44,826 nt of DNA from Catajapyx aquilonaris (lineage: Eukaryota), in the NCBI GenBank assembly GCA_000934665.2, contig JYFJ02003218.1:1-44826 (forward strand), read 5' to 3'. This document shows, piece after piece, positions 1-16,714 of the stretch. The notes under the pieces are model-generated. The model was not told the origin of the DNA and ran no database searches. It saw only the letters and a list, made by a program, of their open reading frames with translations. The translations under genes were made by a program, and so were the position numbers. The stretch's first letter is position 1, and each line of letters begins with the position of its first letter.

Positions 1-1828
1 GTAGGGGGCAGGGGGTGGCTCCCTTCCCACCCCCCACCCTCCCAGCTGCAGTGGCTATGACCTTGTGGTCAAATGCCTGGCTACATGTTGCACCTCATGG
101 GCCAGTGTTGCTCCTTTTTAAAATCAAGCTCTAATACATTGAAATGCGGTTCACACAGTTGTCCAGTCACGTAAAGGCCTGTTTCAACCGGCATAATTTT
201 CAAGCCCAAAAGTGGATTACAATAAAAGCAAACCAACTTCATTATTACTACTTTGTTACTTCATTATTAATCTCTAGCAACATTTAACACACCAAGATGC
301 AGATCAGCTATCGTTTAATGCGATTCCTGAATTGCAGGGTCTCATCAGTGTGCCGAGGTCAAGCTTTCTTCACCCAGCTCTAGTCCACTATGCGAATAAT
401 TAGTCAATAGTTCAATGGGAGGTGGTCCAACTTTGAGAACATTTTTGTTTGACTAATTGCTGTGATGTCCGGCAATTCAACATCTGTCATGAGTGGCCTT
501 GTGGAGTTTATATAACCGATGTGAGCACTCTTCGTTACTGGTGGTGTCACCAAATCCGACACAAGTCCGACGATACCTGAACTGACTTCTTCGCTGCACC
601 AAATCAGGTTTAGGTGTCGACGTAACTTGCAGTGAAGACAAGTCAACCATTGATGATTCGGCTTCGCTCAGAAATTTCTCCAAACTCTGCGGCGACACAT
701 GGCAGAAGTAATCCTCCTCGGAATCAGGTGACTTTACCGCTCCAGGTGGAGTCGTCACGAGTACTTTTCTTTGCATTCTACTTAGAATACGCTTTTTGCC
801 GGTAATCTAGAAAAAAAAGGTGCAAATTAATTGACATTTATCCAGTCCTTTCTTGCCACTTCCAGCAGCTGCTACTCACCCTTCTGAGGCATTTCCCAGA
901 TTCCAACTCAGGGGTAGTCAGCGATGAAGGGATACGCAAGCTAAGGGTCACTTTTTGAGTTTGCACAAAGCGGACAAGCTGAGCCGATGGTCGACGAAGG
1001 GCTATTCTTCCTATTAAAAACACTAATTGTTATCAGGTGAAGTGTAAAACATTAAATTATTTTATTCAGTTGCACATCGGACTTGGCCCATAAAAGTGTT
1101 TTCTTGTTATCGTTGAGACTTGTTTTTATTTCAGACGTAGCTCGACTCGATGCAGTGATGCACTGCCGAAAACCTCAGTGAGGAGAAACGTTGTGGATTG
1201 GTCCATAGTTTTAAGAGGTGCAACCTGTTAACTGGCCTTTGTGGAGATGATTTAAAGTGGTTGCTAGAGAAAACAATATGTAACCTTTTCTCCCTGAGCA
1301 CTGTTCGAAAGCCGCATTCAACTCAATATTTGAGTTGCCAAAATAAAAGGTAATTCGCAAAGTTTGTCGCATTTCATTTCTGAAGTGAAACTGAGTTGCT
1401 TTCACTCAATTATTTGCCTCCAACAATGAATGACATCCATTAAAATCATTTTGTTTGTGCGACTGGAAAATCTTTATTGGATATTCTACGATGCACATCA
1501 GCACTGCTTACTGAGATGCTTCTATGGCTATTCAAATCTCTGAAAGAACAAGTGTGCATGAAGGTTAGTTTGTGCGATACTATTCGATTGTACCAACCTG
1601 ATGGAATATTTTCCTGAAGCATTTTTGAAGAACCCCGCGCACTTTGGTATATCTTCTTGTTCACTTTGACTGCGAAACCAGCAATAATTGGTCTCTCTCA
1701 ATCGAATATTACATCAGGAGTTAACTGGCTGTTAAACTAATGAACAGACTGGGAGGTCATTTACACTGTTAGAGGCGGGGATTGTTATACATTATGTAGA
1801 TATCAAAGATTTAAACTCTGTTTAAAGC

Positions 1829-2263
1829 CCGTTTGAGCCTGCCGATCACAAGGATGTTTGCCAATCTCAGACACCAATATAGCTATTTAAACATACCTGT
1901 CCAAAAAAATCATTTTTGATCGTGACGTTCCATGCTCGTGGTGTAACTCCTTTGAGGCTATGTCATTACATCACATTCTGTACAGTTGTCCTTTTTTTAT
2001 GACACCTAGGGTAAAAATTTGTCTCGGATTTGAGTGTTTTCCCGCCCGATAAGACCCACCTACTCTTTGCCGAACTCCTGCCAAAAGAGGTGTTATACCG
2101 CTTATATAATTTTTTAGTTGACAATGTCGGGAAGCGGATGTATTTTTGAGTGTCTGTCTGTACAGTATGATGTTAAAAGTCTCCCTCCAAAAGGGCCCCG
2201 CCCTGTTACGGGGTAATAAAATAATACAATAATATATATATATTTAAAAACTGTGTTTAAAGC
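1829..2263 (+). mobile_element. ~435 bp arm-specific insertion flanked by a 16-bp direct repeat, probably a 5'-truncated retroposon
   Basis: AAACTCTGTTTAAAGC (1813-1828) and AAACTGTGTTTAAAGC (2248-2263) flank it. The right arm has a single copy (~14645-14660). The insert ends in AATAAA plus an AT-rich tail. Confidence 0.55.
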
Positions 2264-3136
2264 ATTAATTTATTAACAGACATAATAACATAATTTGTGT
2301 AGTCCAAGCCCAAGTTGACCTGCTGAAAATTTATTGCGACACAAATTAGCAATCAAGTCAAGAACTTGGAGCAATTATTATTAATTGAGAATTTTAATGA
2401 AGGATTTCAACATGAAAATGTTATGGCACATTGCAGAGTAAAAAGCGAATAATTCGACCTGTAATGCTCGAATTAGGCTCTATGCAATAATAATATGTTG
2501 CGGATGAAAATGGAAATTAGTGATTAATGTTGAAGCCAGGAAACAATATTAACATATAAGGTATCCTTTATGCAGGAATCTCGCAAGACGTTCATTTTTC
2601 CTCCACATGAAACTGTTTTCCACTGCTGAAATTTACAACACCAATTTTGTAAGGTCTGTAGGGCGCTCAGTGAGCTAATAAGAATCAGACTACATTCGGC
2701 ATCAGGCCTTTGTGGCAATGGATAGCCCTGTTTTTGTGCCTGTCCCAGCACAGAAGACAAGGTCTTTCAATGTAGCATATTGATAAACCATCATAGTATG
2801 TAATGTAGGATAATATTAGAGTGAGCCATGACAGTAATTTCAAACTAATCATTGATTGCCAACCAACAGACACGGCCCGTGACATACCTCCAGTGACATA
2901 ATAGGATTCGTGTTCAACCCTTTGAAAAATAGAGAAACACAGTCATAATAGTAGTGCTAGATCTGATGTGAGAGTAATGTAGTGTGTGATCACTGGCATT
3001 GGCATTGAATTGAATTAATTAGATTGCCATCACTTTGAAACTACCTCATTGTAACATGTATACCGAATACAAAAATGCGGTGCAGTGGTGAGTATATATG
3101 GAAGGGTGACAAGTGCAAAGAGTCATTACTGGTCGT

Positions 3137-7345
<4,209 letters not shown>

Positions 7346-7400
7346 CACCTCGGAGGATGCTGCACTCGACTGGATCAAGACGACTCCTTTCCTCAGAGTC

Positions 7401-7440
7401 TTATAGGGCGTATTGCATAATGGGTGACTTTGAACTTCCC
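7401..7440 (-). promoter_or_regulatory. Candidate core promoter of FREP A (TATA-like CCTATAAG, kappaB-like GGGAAGTTCA)
   Basis: TATAA at 7405-7401, ~55 bp upstream of the ATG; GGGAAGTTC just upstream; a GATA site near 7520 is conserved in both arms. Confidence 0.4.
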
Positions 7441-7849
7441 TTGCTCACATGAGTATTGGCGTGGTTGGCTGGATGCGCCATGGGTCATATGATCGGGACG
7501 TTCTCTTTATTTTTATACCGAGATAAGCAATGGATGGTTACATGATGACCTTCTTCAAAGTTGGGAGGTGGAAGCAGTGATCGTGATGAGGAGGAAAGTG
7601 GTAATTCTCTCCAGACTGCAAAATGAAACCTGAAGTACAATGGAGAGGAGTCGCTTCATCAATCACTCTAGTCATTGAGGTTATTTGATTTCATCACAAG
7701 GAGCAATGTACTAGCATCTCATAAAATGTGGCAAATATAAAATAGGTGAGTAACATTAATTCCGCATGATTCGTCGATATGGTTGAGAAATGCATCCCTG
7801 GCTTCACCTCTAACATTATGAACTAATAAAGCCCCTGGCAGGATGTTGG

Positions 7850-8315
7850 ACTGGTCAGCGATAAACTCGGCAAATGACAATTCAGCCACTACCATTGGGC
7901 GAAAATGGAATTGGGCAAATGCACCTCCTTCTCGGCGACAGGAACTTTAGCCGAAATTTTGATTCGGCAAGCACAATTTTCGGTGACATCAGGACAATTC
8001 GCCGAAGACGCCTTTCGACGAGATGGAGATTCATATAAGAGATTGGAGTGATGGGTCGGATAGAAGTGCGGCATATAATGAGGAACAAGATTGCAGATAA
8101 CGTGAGCATGATTCGAGTCGACTCTTTCTCATTTGGCTGCCATAAATGAGGCTGAAAACACGATACAACACGACAACAGTTTTCAGCAAATGCCGAAAAG
8201 TGCCTTCTTTCGCCGAGTTCATCGGGAACCCGTTGGACTTTTCGGGCAATATTGTGACTGCTGAACCATACAATGCTGATGCTGGTCTTGCACACGAAAT
8301 TTTCTTCCCTAGTAT
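7850..8315. repeat. Dispersed repeat family, copy 1 (other copies ~9780-10055 and ~15461-15895, both in the opposite orientation)
   Basis: Shared terminus GGTC(A/T)GCGATAAA and internal GGCGACAGGAAC(T)TTT, ATGATTC(G/C)AGTCGAC, ATACAATGCTGATGCTGGTCTTGCACAC. Confidence 0.7.
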
Positions 8316-9584
8316 TTTTCCTAGTAAAAAGTGATATTTTAAATGTTTCCTTCAGGGGGAGTGAATCCACACCACTGATACTAGAGCTCTATTGTCCGCC
8401 CCCCAAAGGATGCTGCGGTGACATGCGAAGGAGTATTTTCAGAGTTTCCTCCTTCCTTGTAGACCCTGATATCTCACCACATTCTGCTGCGTGAGTTTGG
8501 TTATCACCAGGATGGATGACTTCACCAAGTAGAGTGTGGTCTCGTCGATCTATGTGCCTATCCTCACACTGGAATTGACCTTCACATGCTCATGCTTTAT
8601 CCGGATATTGGCCTGCGAGTGTTTTTGGACCAGTACACAGTGTCACATGACCTCATTTAGAGGCGTATTAAAAAATCTAACAAGTAAAGCAAAGGCTGCC
8701 GGGATCACCGAAAAAGTCGCTGCGACGTTCGTCACTATTGAGTATTCCGATTGACAAATCACGCGAGCGTGATTCGAGTAGCCTTTTCCTCAAATTCTAA
8801 TTGGGCAACAATGACATATAATGATGTCAGTCTCATTTTCTGTTGCCAAGTAGGCTACCTCAAGAAAAATAATTTCTAAATCATGTAGACTCGACCTTGT
8901 CGGAGCGGTGTAAAACGGGTACGTCCCGTATGGGACGTCTTTCTTGGCCGTTTCACAAGGGTATCATAATTTTCAATTGATCATTGTGATTTTGTTTATG
9001 GATCATGATTTCAATGCTCTGGATGATAGGAGACATGGCAAACCATACAATGAACATGCGGTAATACTTTTTCCCTGATGGGTCGTAAATAAAAAGCGCA
9101 AAATCAGACATTCGCGTTTCCGGCTGGTGTTCTGAAATAGGTATAGCCTGGCTTTGATAATGGCCTACTGGACTTATTGCAGTATGATATACTGCAACCT
9201 GTACTTATAAACGGGCTCCCAAAAGGCTCCCCATAAGGATACAGGTAGTACCCGTTTTACGCCGGTAATTGGTTCCCACAAAACGCGGCGTAAAATGAAA
9301 AGGGGTAAAACGAGACAAAATTATTATAATGGAAGTAATTGGGATAGGTTCCAAGATTTCCAAAAATTTCCCTGATGCAGTGCTTAAATTGCAGTTTTTA
9401 ATGCCGACTATTTCAAACATTCATTATGCACGTTTAGTGGGAGGTTCCAGGTGAAGGGTCATCTGGTTCTGAGGCCTCTTTTCCCTTCTTTTGGCAAGAA
9501 CTGCAGTAGACGTAGGGTATTTAACAGACTTCGGAGGGTTCCTCCGATGAGACCAACAATACGGTACTGTATTTATCGATAGAA

Positions 9585-9750
9585 CCCGCCACCATTAGAT
9601 GCGACCAGCAGGGATAGGAAAGGAAGCGGCTGTGGCCTATTTTTAGGGAAACGACCCCGGAATTGTCCTGGAGGGGACCATGGAAAACCACAGAAAACCA
9701 TGGTCAGGGTCGCCGGCCCCGGGATTCGAACCCAGGACCTACCGATTAGC
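9585..9750 (-). mobile_element. tRNA-derived SINE remnant
   Basis: Pol III B-box GGGTTCGAATCC on the minus strand (9722-9733). The body GGAAGCGGCTGTGGCCTA...CCCGGAATTGTCCTGGAGGG...GAAAACCAC resembles arthropod tRNA-SINE bodies (recognised from memory, not searched). Confidence 0.7.
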
Positions 9751-10453
9751 AGGCGGGCTCGTCCTTATCCCCTACACCAATAACCTGCTTCGGTTCACGG
9801 TTCTTATCATTATATGCCTCGTCACTTCTATCCGACCCATCACTCCAATCTCTTATGAATCCCCTTCTCGTCGAAAAGAGTCTTCTGCGAATTGTCTTGA
9901 TGTCACCGAAAATTGTGCTCGCCGAATCAAAATTTCGGCTAAAATTCCTGTCGCCGAAAAGCCGGTGCATTTGCTGAATTCCATTTTCGTCCAAAGGTAG
10001 TCGCTGAATTCTCATTTGCCGAGTTTTCTTTCACCAAGTTTATCGCTGACCAGTCCAAGATCCTGCCAGGGGCTTCTCCGGTACCAATTATTTCATAATG
10101 TTAGAGGTGAAGCCAGGGTTGCATTTCGCAACCATATTAACGAATCATACTGAATTAATTGTACTGTCCTATTATATATTTGCCACATTTTATGAGATGG
10201 TACATTGCTCCCTGCGACGAAATCAAATAACTTCAATGACTCGAGCGATGATGAAGCGACTGTACTTCAGGTTTCATTTTGCAGTCCAGAGAAAATTACC
10301 ACTTTCCTCCTTATCACTGCTTCCACCTCCCAACTTTGATGAAGGTCATCATGTAACCATCCATTGCTTATCTCGGTATAAAAATAAAGAGAACGCCCCC
10401 ATCATATGACCCATGGCGCATCCAGACAACCAGGCCAATACTCATGTGAGCAA

Positions 10454-10518
10454 GGGAAGTTCGAAGAGCATGAAATCTCCTAACCATAGCATACGAGGCC
10501 CCGCCCTCTCCCTATAAA
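10454..10518 (+). promoter_or_regulatory. Candidate core promoter of FREP B (TATAAA, GC box, kappaB-like GGGAAGTTCG)
   Basis: TATAAA at 10513-10518 preceded by CCCCGCCC, ~100 bp upstream of the ATG. Confidence 0.45.
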
Positions 10519-10616
10519 TGTCATATCTGCGGTCACCAATGCAATGTCACCCATTATGCAATAAGACTCTGAGGAAAGGAGTCGTCTTGATTCAGTCGAG
10601 TGCAGCATCCTCCGAG

Positions 10617-13600
10617 ATGATGGCCCACATCAGCAGTTTTGGTCTCTATTTGTTGGCCGCCCTTCTGTTGTTCCTGTCAGGGGCCAATCATTCCCTGGCC
10701 CTGACTAACAATGCGGCCGAAAACATTCCCCGTGTTGTCCATCCAAAGGAACCCAGCAAGGAAGACAGACTTGAAATGGCCATACAATCTGTGATGAGAG
10801 CTGTGGAGGATGGATTTGCTCGATCAGGTAATAATAAGGGACTTATGGGTATTAATTTATCAAGTCTCGTTAAAGTCCGTTGAATATGCTCTTGCTTTTT
10901 ATTCATTCTGCAGCAAGAGACGTGAGAGAAATCAAGGAAGTGACATCATTAAAAGAGGATATAACAGCATTAAAAGAAGGGATGAAATCATCAAAACTGG
11001 AAATTGAATCATCGAAACAGGAAATTCAATCATTAAAAGTGGAAATTCAATCCTCAAAACAGGCCATTGAATCATTGGAAAAGAAATTGAGGTAAGTGAG
11101 CAACCCCGTGTCATAACAAATCCTTTTTATTGCGACCAATGAAGTAAAACGCAAAATAGTCGTAATGACAATATTATTATCATACTCATCCTTTCCATCA
11201 GACATGTCAGATTATGAAGCTATGTGTGTTCGGGAAAACAGTGAGGAATTATCAAGAAGGTGGTTTGATTGAATGTTGAACATGTCACATGTGCAATTCA
11301 TTCCAGCCATGCAGTGGACACAATCACCTCATCGGTGGCGGATATTAGGGACAAAGCAATTCCTCCATCACGTAATTGCCGTGACCTTCTGCAACGAGGG
11401 CACAGCACATCTGGCGAGTACTCCGTGACCATCTCTGGAAAAAATGTCAAGGTGAGAATAAGGTCGCATTCGCTCTGAATGATTTCTCGCTAGCGTACAT
11501 CATGTGGAATTAATGGAATTTAAGTCATTATATAATGTTGTCTCGTCCTCAGGTGTATTGCGACATGACCACGGATGGAGGAGGGTGGACGGTCATTCAA
11601 AGACGAGACGACATCGAGCCTCACGTGGACTTCAACCGAGGATGGGCAGATTACAAGAGAGGGTTTGGTGATCTGGAAGGGGAGTTCTGGCTGGGTGAGT
11701 TGCACTCTTGGCACTTATTGTCACCATCACAGAAGACGAATAGAATCGACAGGTCTAATGAACCAGAATTCAAAGTGGGGGCGTGCAGTTATTCACCAGA
11801 TATCAATATCTGCACTAAATGGTTAAAAAGGGTCAAACTAAAATTATGAAACAAATTCTTCCGCGAGGATTACACAGCATGATGGTGTAGTGCCTAGTTC
11901 CTGTTAAACCTGGTGGGGCATAGGGTCAAAGGTTACACACCACTGGACTGTTACCTGCAGCACTGGCACTTTACAGAGGAAACGACCATTCGCAAAAACA
12001 CTGTACCGACATCGCTGACTGGTGATCGTTGCTCCTCTTCAAGGAGTAGTTCAGGGCTGACCGTTATTATTAAATTCTGATCTTTTATATAACGCGACAT
12101 ACTTATCAGTATATTACACCATTTCGTGCTGCAACTGATTTTGTCTAACGACATCAGGTCCATTATTTTTACCATTTCACACGGATAAGCTGCACCTCGT
12201 CCAATATGTCATTCGATTGAAGGCAGGCGCCATTTGATTTCACCCGATGACAATAAGCTCGATATACATTATTCAATCACGTGAAAGTTTCTTGCTCCAT
12301 GGACCCAATAAGGCAATGTTTCGGACCGAAAGGGTACTTCGGGCGAGATAGAGAGACCACAGTGCAATATAAAGGGCCCATCTGTCAATTTCTACGGAAA
12401 TGCTTTTATGGCATGCTTTCCCTGGTGGATGTCCATTCAAAGGCAAGAAGAGCCGAAATGTCACTAGAAGTGACTGAAAAAGGCTCCATAATAGCGATGG
12501 GATTAACTGCAATTTTTCCAAAGCAGCTCTAACTGCTCCTGTTCTTTTTTGTTAACCGTTCTTTTAAACAGCGATTGCACTTTTCTCCTATCTTTCCTAT
12601 CACCCTCCTATTTAACCTATATCTATCTATTGGTCACTGCCAGAAAAGGCGAGATATAAATGTCATTCACTCATTCTAGTTCGAGCCAAACAATATTATA
12701 CAATCATTCACGTTGCAGCCTTGCAGCCCAATGCATCTCATCGTGGCATCAGTTATGTGTAGCAGGCGCGGGTACAATTTGTTAAAATAAAACAAGGAGC
12801 GTACAAATATAATATCAATAATATCAATAATATCAACTCATCAACTCTTTCTCCGTGGGCGGCATAGAGATTTTAAAAAAATTTGGCGGGCCGCATCTAA
12901 GAAAAGAAAAACTAATAAAAAAGTTTACAAATATAAATCCATCGTTTTAAATGAACTTCCATTAATTGCATAAATAATTATCATTAGATTATCTGAAAAT
13001 CGATAAAATCAGCTAAATAATTGGCACTTACTGTCTACCTTTTTTACTGTAGGTGTTCATATATCAATGCTCTTGTGGAGTTAAAAGAATTTAAAAAAGA
13101 AAGGCACAGGCATAAAATTTTGCAATTTTCATTTTTCCAAAATCTTAAGGAATTCCGAGATTTTTGTGCGGGCCCCACAAATTATTGTCTTAGCCGCGGG
13201 CCGTAGGTTGCCGACCCCCTGGTTTAATAAGGGTATCAGCCTCAGACCACATCAGCAGCAGCTTTCCGTCAATAACTGCTCAAATCAAACGTGTAACAGT
13301 TTAACTAATTAACAGGTTATATTACCAGTCGACCGAATGTAACAGTTAATTGTTGGTTAATTGTAACTATGCTACGTTAATTTCGTCACAAAGTTATTCG
13401 GGACGGAAGTGTTTTTAAATCTTTCGATCTGTATGAGCATGTGTGTTATGTCCCACCCTGTACATAGGTCTGGACAACATCCACGGACTGACCAGACTGA
13501 CAGGGATGGAGCTCCGGGTGGAGCTGGAGGATTGGGAGGGGGAGGAGAGGGTCGCTTTGTACCGCACTTTTGTGGTCGGAGGGGAAGGGGAGGACAAGTA

Positions 13601-13910
13601 CAAGCTCACTGTGGGAGGGTACGAGAAGGGACCGGGAGGAGGAGGAGACCCGTGGGACTCTCTTGCCCACCACAATGGAAGGGCCTTCTCCACAAGAGAC
13701 AGTGACAACGATCTTCATGGAAGTAGGCACTGCGCAGAGGTGTTCAAGGGTGGCTGGTGGTACAATGCATGCCTCCGTTCCAATCTGAACGGACTTCATC
13801 TCAAGGGAGAGCACGGCCAATACGATCAAGGTGTCATCTGGGGCTATAAGTGGAAGGAAACATGGAGTTACTCTCTGAGAAGAGCAGCCATGAAGATCAG
13901 ACCCAGATGA
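10617..13910 (+). CDS. Fibrinogen-related protein (tachylectin-5/ficolin-like FReD lectin), copy B, 5 exons, ~372 aa
   Basis: Splice model 10617-10827, 10914-11091, 11307-11451, 11553-11694, 13468-13910 (1119 nt, GT-AG, in frame). Same exon phases as copy A; motifs [56 protein letters not shown]. Confidence 0.93.
12865..13221. mobile_element. hAT-type MITE remnant in intron 4 of FREP B
   Basis: The right end reads CAGGGGGTCGGCAACCTACGGCCCGCGG on the minus strand, a typical hAT terminus, with internal GCGGGCC subterminal motifs. The left end is degenerate and the element is absent from FREP A. Confidence 0.55.
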
Positions 13911-15460
13911 ACGACCAGTAATGATCACTCTTTGCACTTGTCACCCTTCCATATACTCACCACCATTGTGCCTGCACCATTGTTACATCGAGTGTGCATA
14001 TTAGTGAGGTAGTTTCTTTTAAAGTAGGTAATGACAATCTAATTAATGCAATACCAATGTGAGTGATCATACACAACATTACTCTCAAATCGAAGTCTCA
14101 CCATCTAACACTACTACTATTATGACTGTTTCTCTATTTTTCAAAGGGTTGAACATGAATCCTATTATGTCACTGGAGGTATGTCACGGGCCGTGTCTGT
14201 TGGTTGGCAATCAATGATTAGGCAATGTAGACCTTTGATATTACTACAACTGTAGTGGCTGGTGTCCTGATCACTTTAATAATTATTATCCCACACTACT
14301 ATGATGGTTGTCACCATGTTATATTCATGGACTTATCTTCTGTGATGGGACTGGCACAAAAGCAGGGCTATCCATTGCCACAAAGGCCTGATGCCTAATG
14401 TAGTCGGATTCTTATTAGCTCACTGACCGCCCTACAGACCTTACAATTAGTGTTGTAAATTCCAGAAGTGGAAAACAGTTTCATGTGGCGGAAAAATGAT
14501 TCCTGATGCCGAATGTTCTCCGATTTTTATTAGCTCACTGAGCACCCTATCAAGATGCACGGGAGTGCATCCGCCAAGTCTCAGCCACTTCCACCACCAC
14601 TGACTACACAAATGATCTGTTATTATGTCTGATAATAAATTAATGCTTTAAACAGAGTTTAAATCTTTGATATCTACATAATGTATAACAATCCCCTGCC
14701 TCTAACAGTGTAAATGACCTCCCAGTCTGTTCATCAGTTTAACGGCTGGTTAACTCATGAGGTAATATTCGATTGAGAGAGACCAATTATTGTTGGTTTC
14801 GCAGTTAAGGTGAACAGGAAGATGCCAAACACCACGGGGTTCGTCAAAATGGGAAAGCGCTTCAGGAAAATATTCCATCAGGTCGGTACAATCGACTCGT
14901 ATCGTATCAAAGTTATCTTCATGCGCACTTGTTCTTTCAGAGATTTGAGTTGTAGCCATAGAAGCATCTCAGTAAGCAGTGCTGATGTGCATCATAGAAT
15001 ATTCAATAAAGATTTTCCAGTCGCACAAACAAAATGATTTTAATGGATGCCATTCATTGTTGGAGGCAAATAATTGAGTGCAAGCAACTCTGTTTCAATT
15101 CAGAAATGAAATGCAACAAACTTTGCCAAATTTTGGCAACTCAAATATTGAGTTGAATGCGGCTTTCGAACAGTGGTCAGGGAGAAAAGGTTACAGATTG
15201 TTATCTCCAGCAACCACTTTAAATCATCTCCACAAAGGCCAGTTAGCGCCACGTCAAACAGATTGCACCTCTTCTAACTATGGACCAATCCACAACGTGT
15301 CTCCTGACTGAGGATTTCGGCAGTGCATTGCATCAAGTCGAGCTATACGTCCGAAATAAAACATGTCTAGACAATAACAAGAAAACACTTTTATGGGCCA
15401 AGTCCGATGTGTAACTGAAATAATTCAGTGCTTTACACTTCACCTGATAACAATAGTTAT

Positions 15461-15895
15461 TACTAGGAAGAATAGCTAGGCAATGGAATTGTGTGTGCAA
15501 GACCAGCATCAGCATTGTATACATAGTTCAGCCATCACTATAGGCAAAAGAAGGGACTTTTCGGCGACAGAAACATTCGCCGAAAACTGTTTTCTTGTTC
15601 TATATCGTATCATATTCAACAAAGTTGTCAGCCTCATTCCCCGCTTCCCAATGAGAAAAAGTCGACTGGAATCATGCTCGCATGATCTGTAACCTTGTTT
15701 CTCATCATAATTATGCTGCACTTCTATCCGACGCATCCCTCCAATCTCTTACGAGTCTAATCCCCATCTTCCATCTTCGGTGAAATTGTCCTGTTGCCAA
15801 AAACTGTTTTCTGCAAAAGTTCCTGTCGCCAAATTTCATTTTCTCGCAATGGTAGTTGCAGAATCGCCATTCGCCGCAATTTATCGCAGACCGGG
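15461..15895. repeat. Dispersed repeat family, copy 3, abutting the truncated PARG pseudogene
   Basis: Reverse-complement match to 7850-8315; its end (TTATCGCAGACCGG) lies where PARG similarity stops. Confidence 0.7.
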
Positions 15896-16480
15896 CTGTA
15901 GTGCAGAAACGGATGGCTGAAATAGAGTGTGTGTATGGCCACCCCACTGGTGATCCGTCGTCCGCCTTAGTCCACCGCAGTTTCATCTCGGAAGGTCCTG
16001 TTCCACTCGAAGGTCACGCCGTACCCGCGACGCCTGCTGAACCGCTGGCAGCCATGGATCAGGACGCACTCAGTGTCCTCCATCTACTCGCAGGTAAGCA
16101 TCGAAGACACTAGTTCGGGGCAGTGCGAAAATCGGATCTCCTCTTGTACACAACCATGTCCGAGGAGGTCGGCGCTTACAAACTTGTTCACAAAGTCAAC
16201 CTCTGCAGGGAAGGAAAGCGTCGAAATTAACACCTACTAACATCCAAAGCGATACATTACAATTTACATTGAGTAACATGGAAAAATGCAGTTTGTGTTG
16301 CGTACTTTTTGTTTTAAGTTTTTACTGCGGATGACCTGCAACATTCCCTCCCCTTCCGTCTCGATGTTTCCCTCGGACGTCACGTGGAATGCAGGTAGTC
16401 TTGTTGGATTCTTCCCACTTTGGAATCTGCTCGGGAGGAAAGTGACATCTCGTGATGGCCACAAACAACACCGTCCGCAC
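15895..16480 (-). pseudogene. PARG: Poly(ADP-ribose) glycohydrolase pseudogene fragment (catalytic region, 2 exons)
   Basis: Exon ~16480-16336 reads ...EQIPKWEESNK/(frameshift)LPAFHVTSEGNIETEGEGMLQ. After an intron (16335-16201), the next exon reads VDFVNKFVSADLLGHGCVQEEIRFSHCPELVSSMLTCE*MEDTECVLIHGCQRFSRRRGYGVTFEWNRTFRDETAVD*GGRRITSGVAIHTLYF. This is colinear with the PARG signature MLQVDFANxFVGGG...VQEEIRF...PEL...EC...G..Y...D...RR...VAIDAL.F. Stops at 16086-16084 and 15969-15967. Confidence 0.88.
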
Positions 16481-16714
16481 CATTCTTAAACACACACTTG
16501 GAAATTACAATCGGCAACAATTAAGTCGGCTGCTCACTTCTGCTCATTGAAGGTGCGTTTACATGGGTAGTCAGCGATGAAGGGAGACGCAGGCTAAGGG
16601 TCACTTTAAAAAAATGGCTGGCAATGCCACAATAACGTTCGTTGGCCTGTAATTACACAGGATTTACAGGGTTACGTACCAACGACAAAAAAAAGCATGA
16701 CCCGTTCTTGGAAT

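Noticed and set aside
7882..8370. 162 aa ORF and related ORFs at 9680-10015 and 15483-15986
   Set aside because: They fall in a dispersed non-coding repeat and frames are not conserved between copies.
9715..9750. tRNA gene
   Set aside because: Only a B-box is recognisable, with no cloverleaf, and it is attached to a SINE-like body.
11202..11240. Possible micro-exon in FREP B intron 2 (AG...GT bounded, with a similar segment in A)
   Set aside because: After the phase-2 donor it reads RHVRL* and terminates, whereas exon 2 splices in frame directly to 11307.
15895..16200. Functional PARG via stop-codon readthrough or recoding
   Set aside because: Two different stops, an upstream frameshift, a degraded GGG motif and truncation by a repeat all indicate decay.
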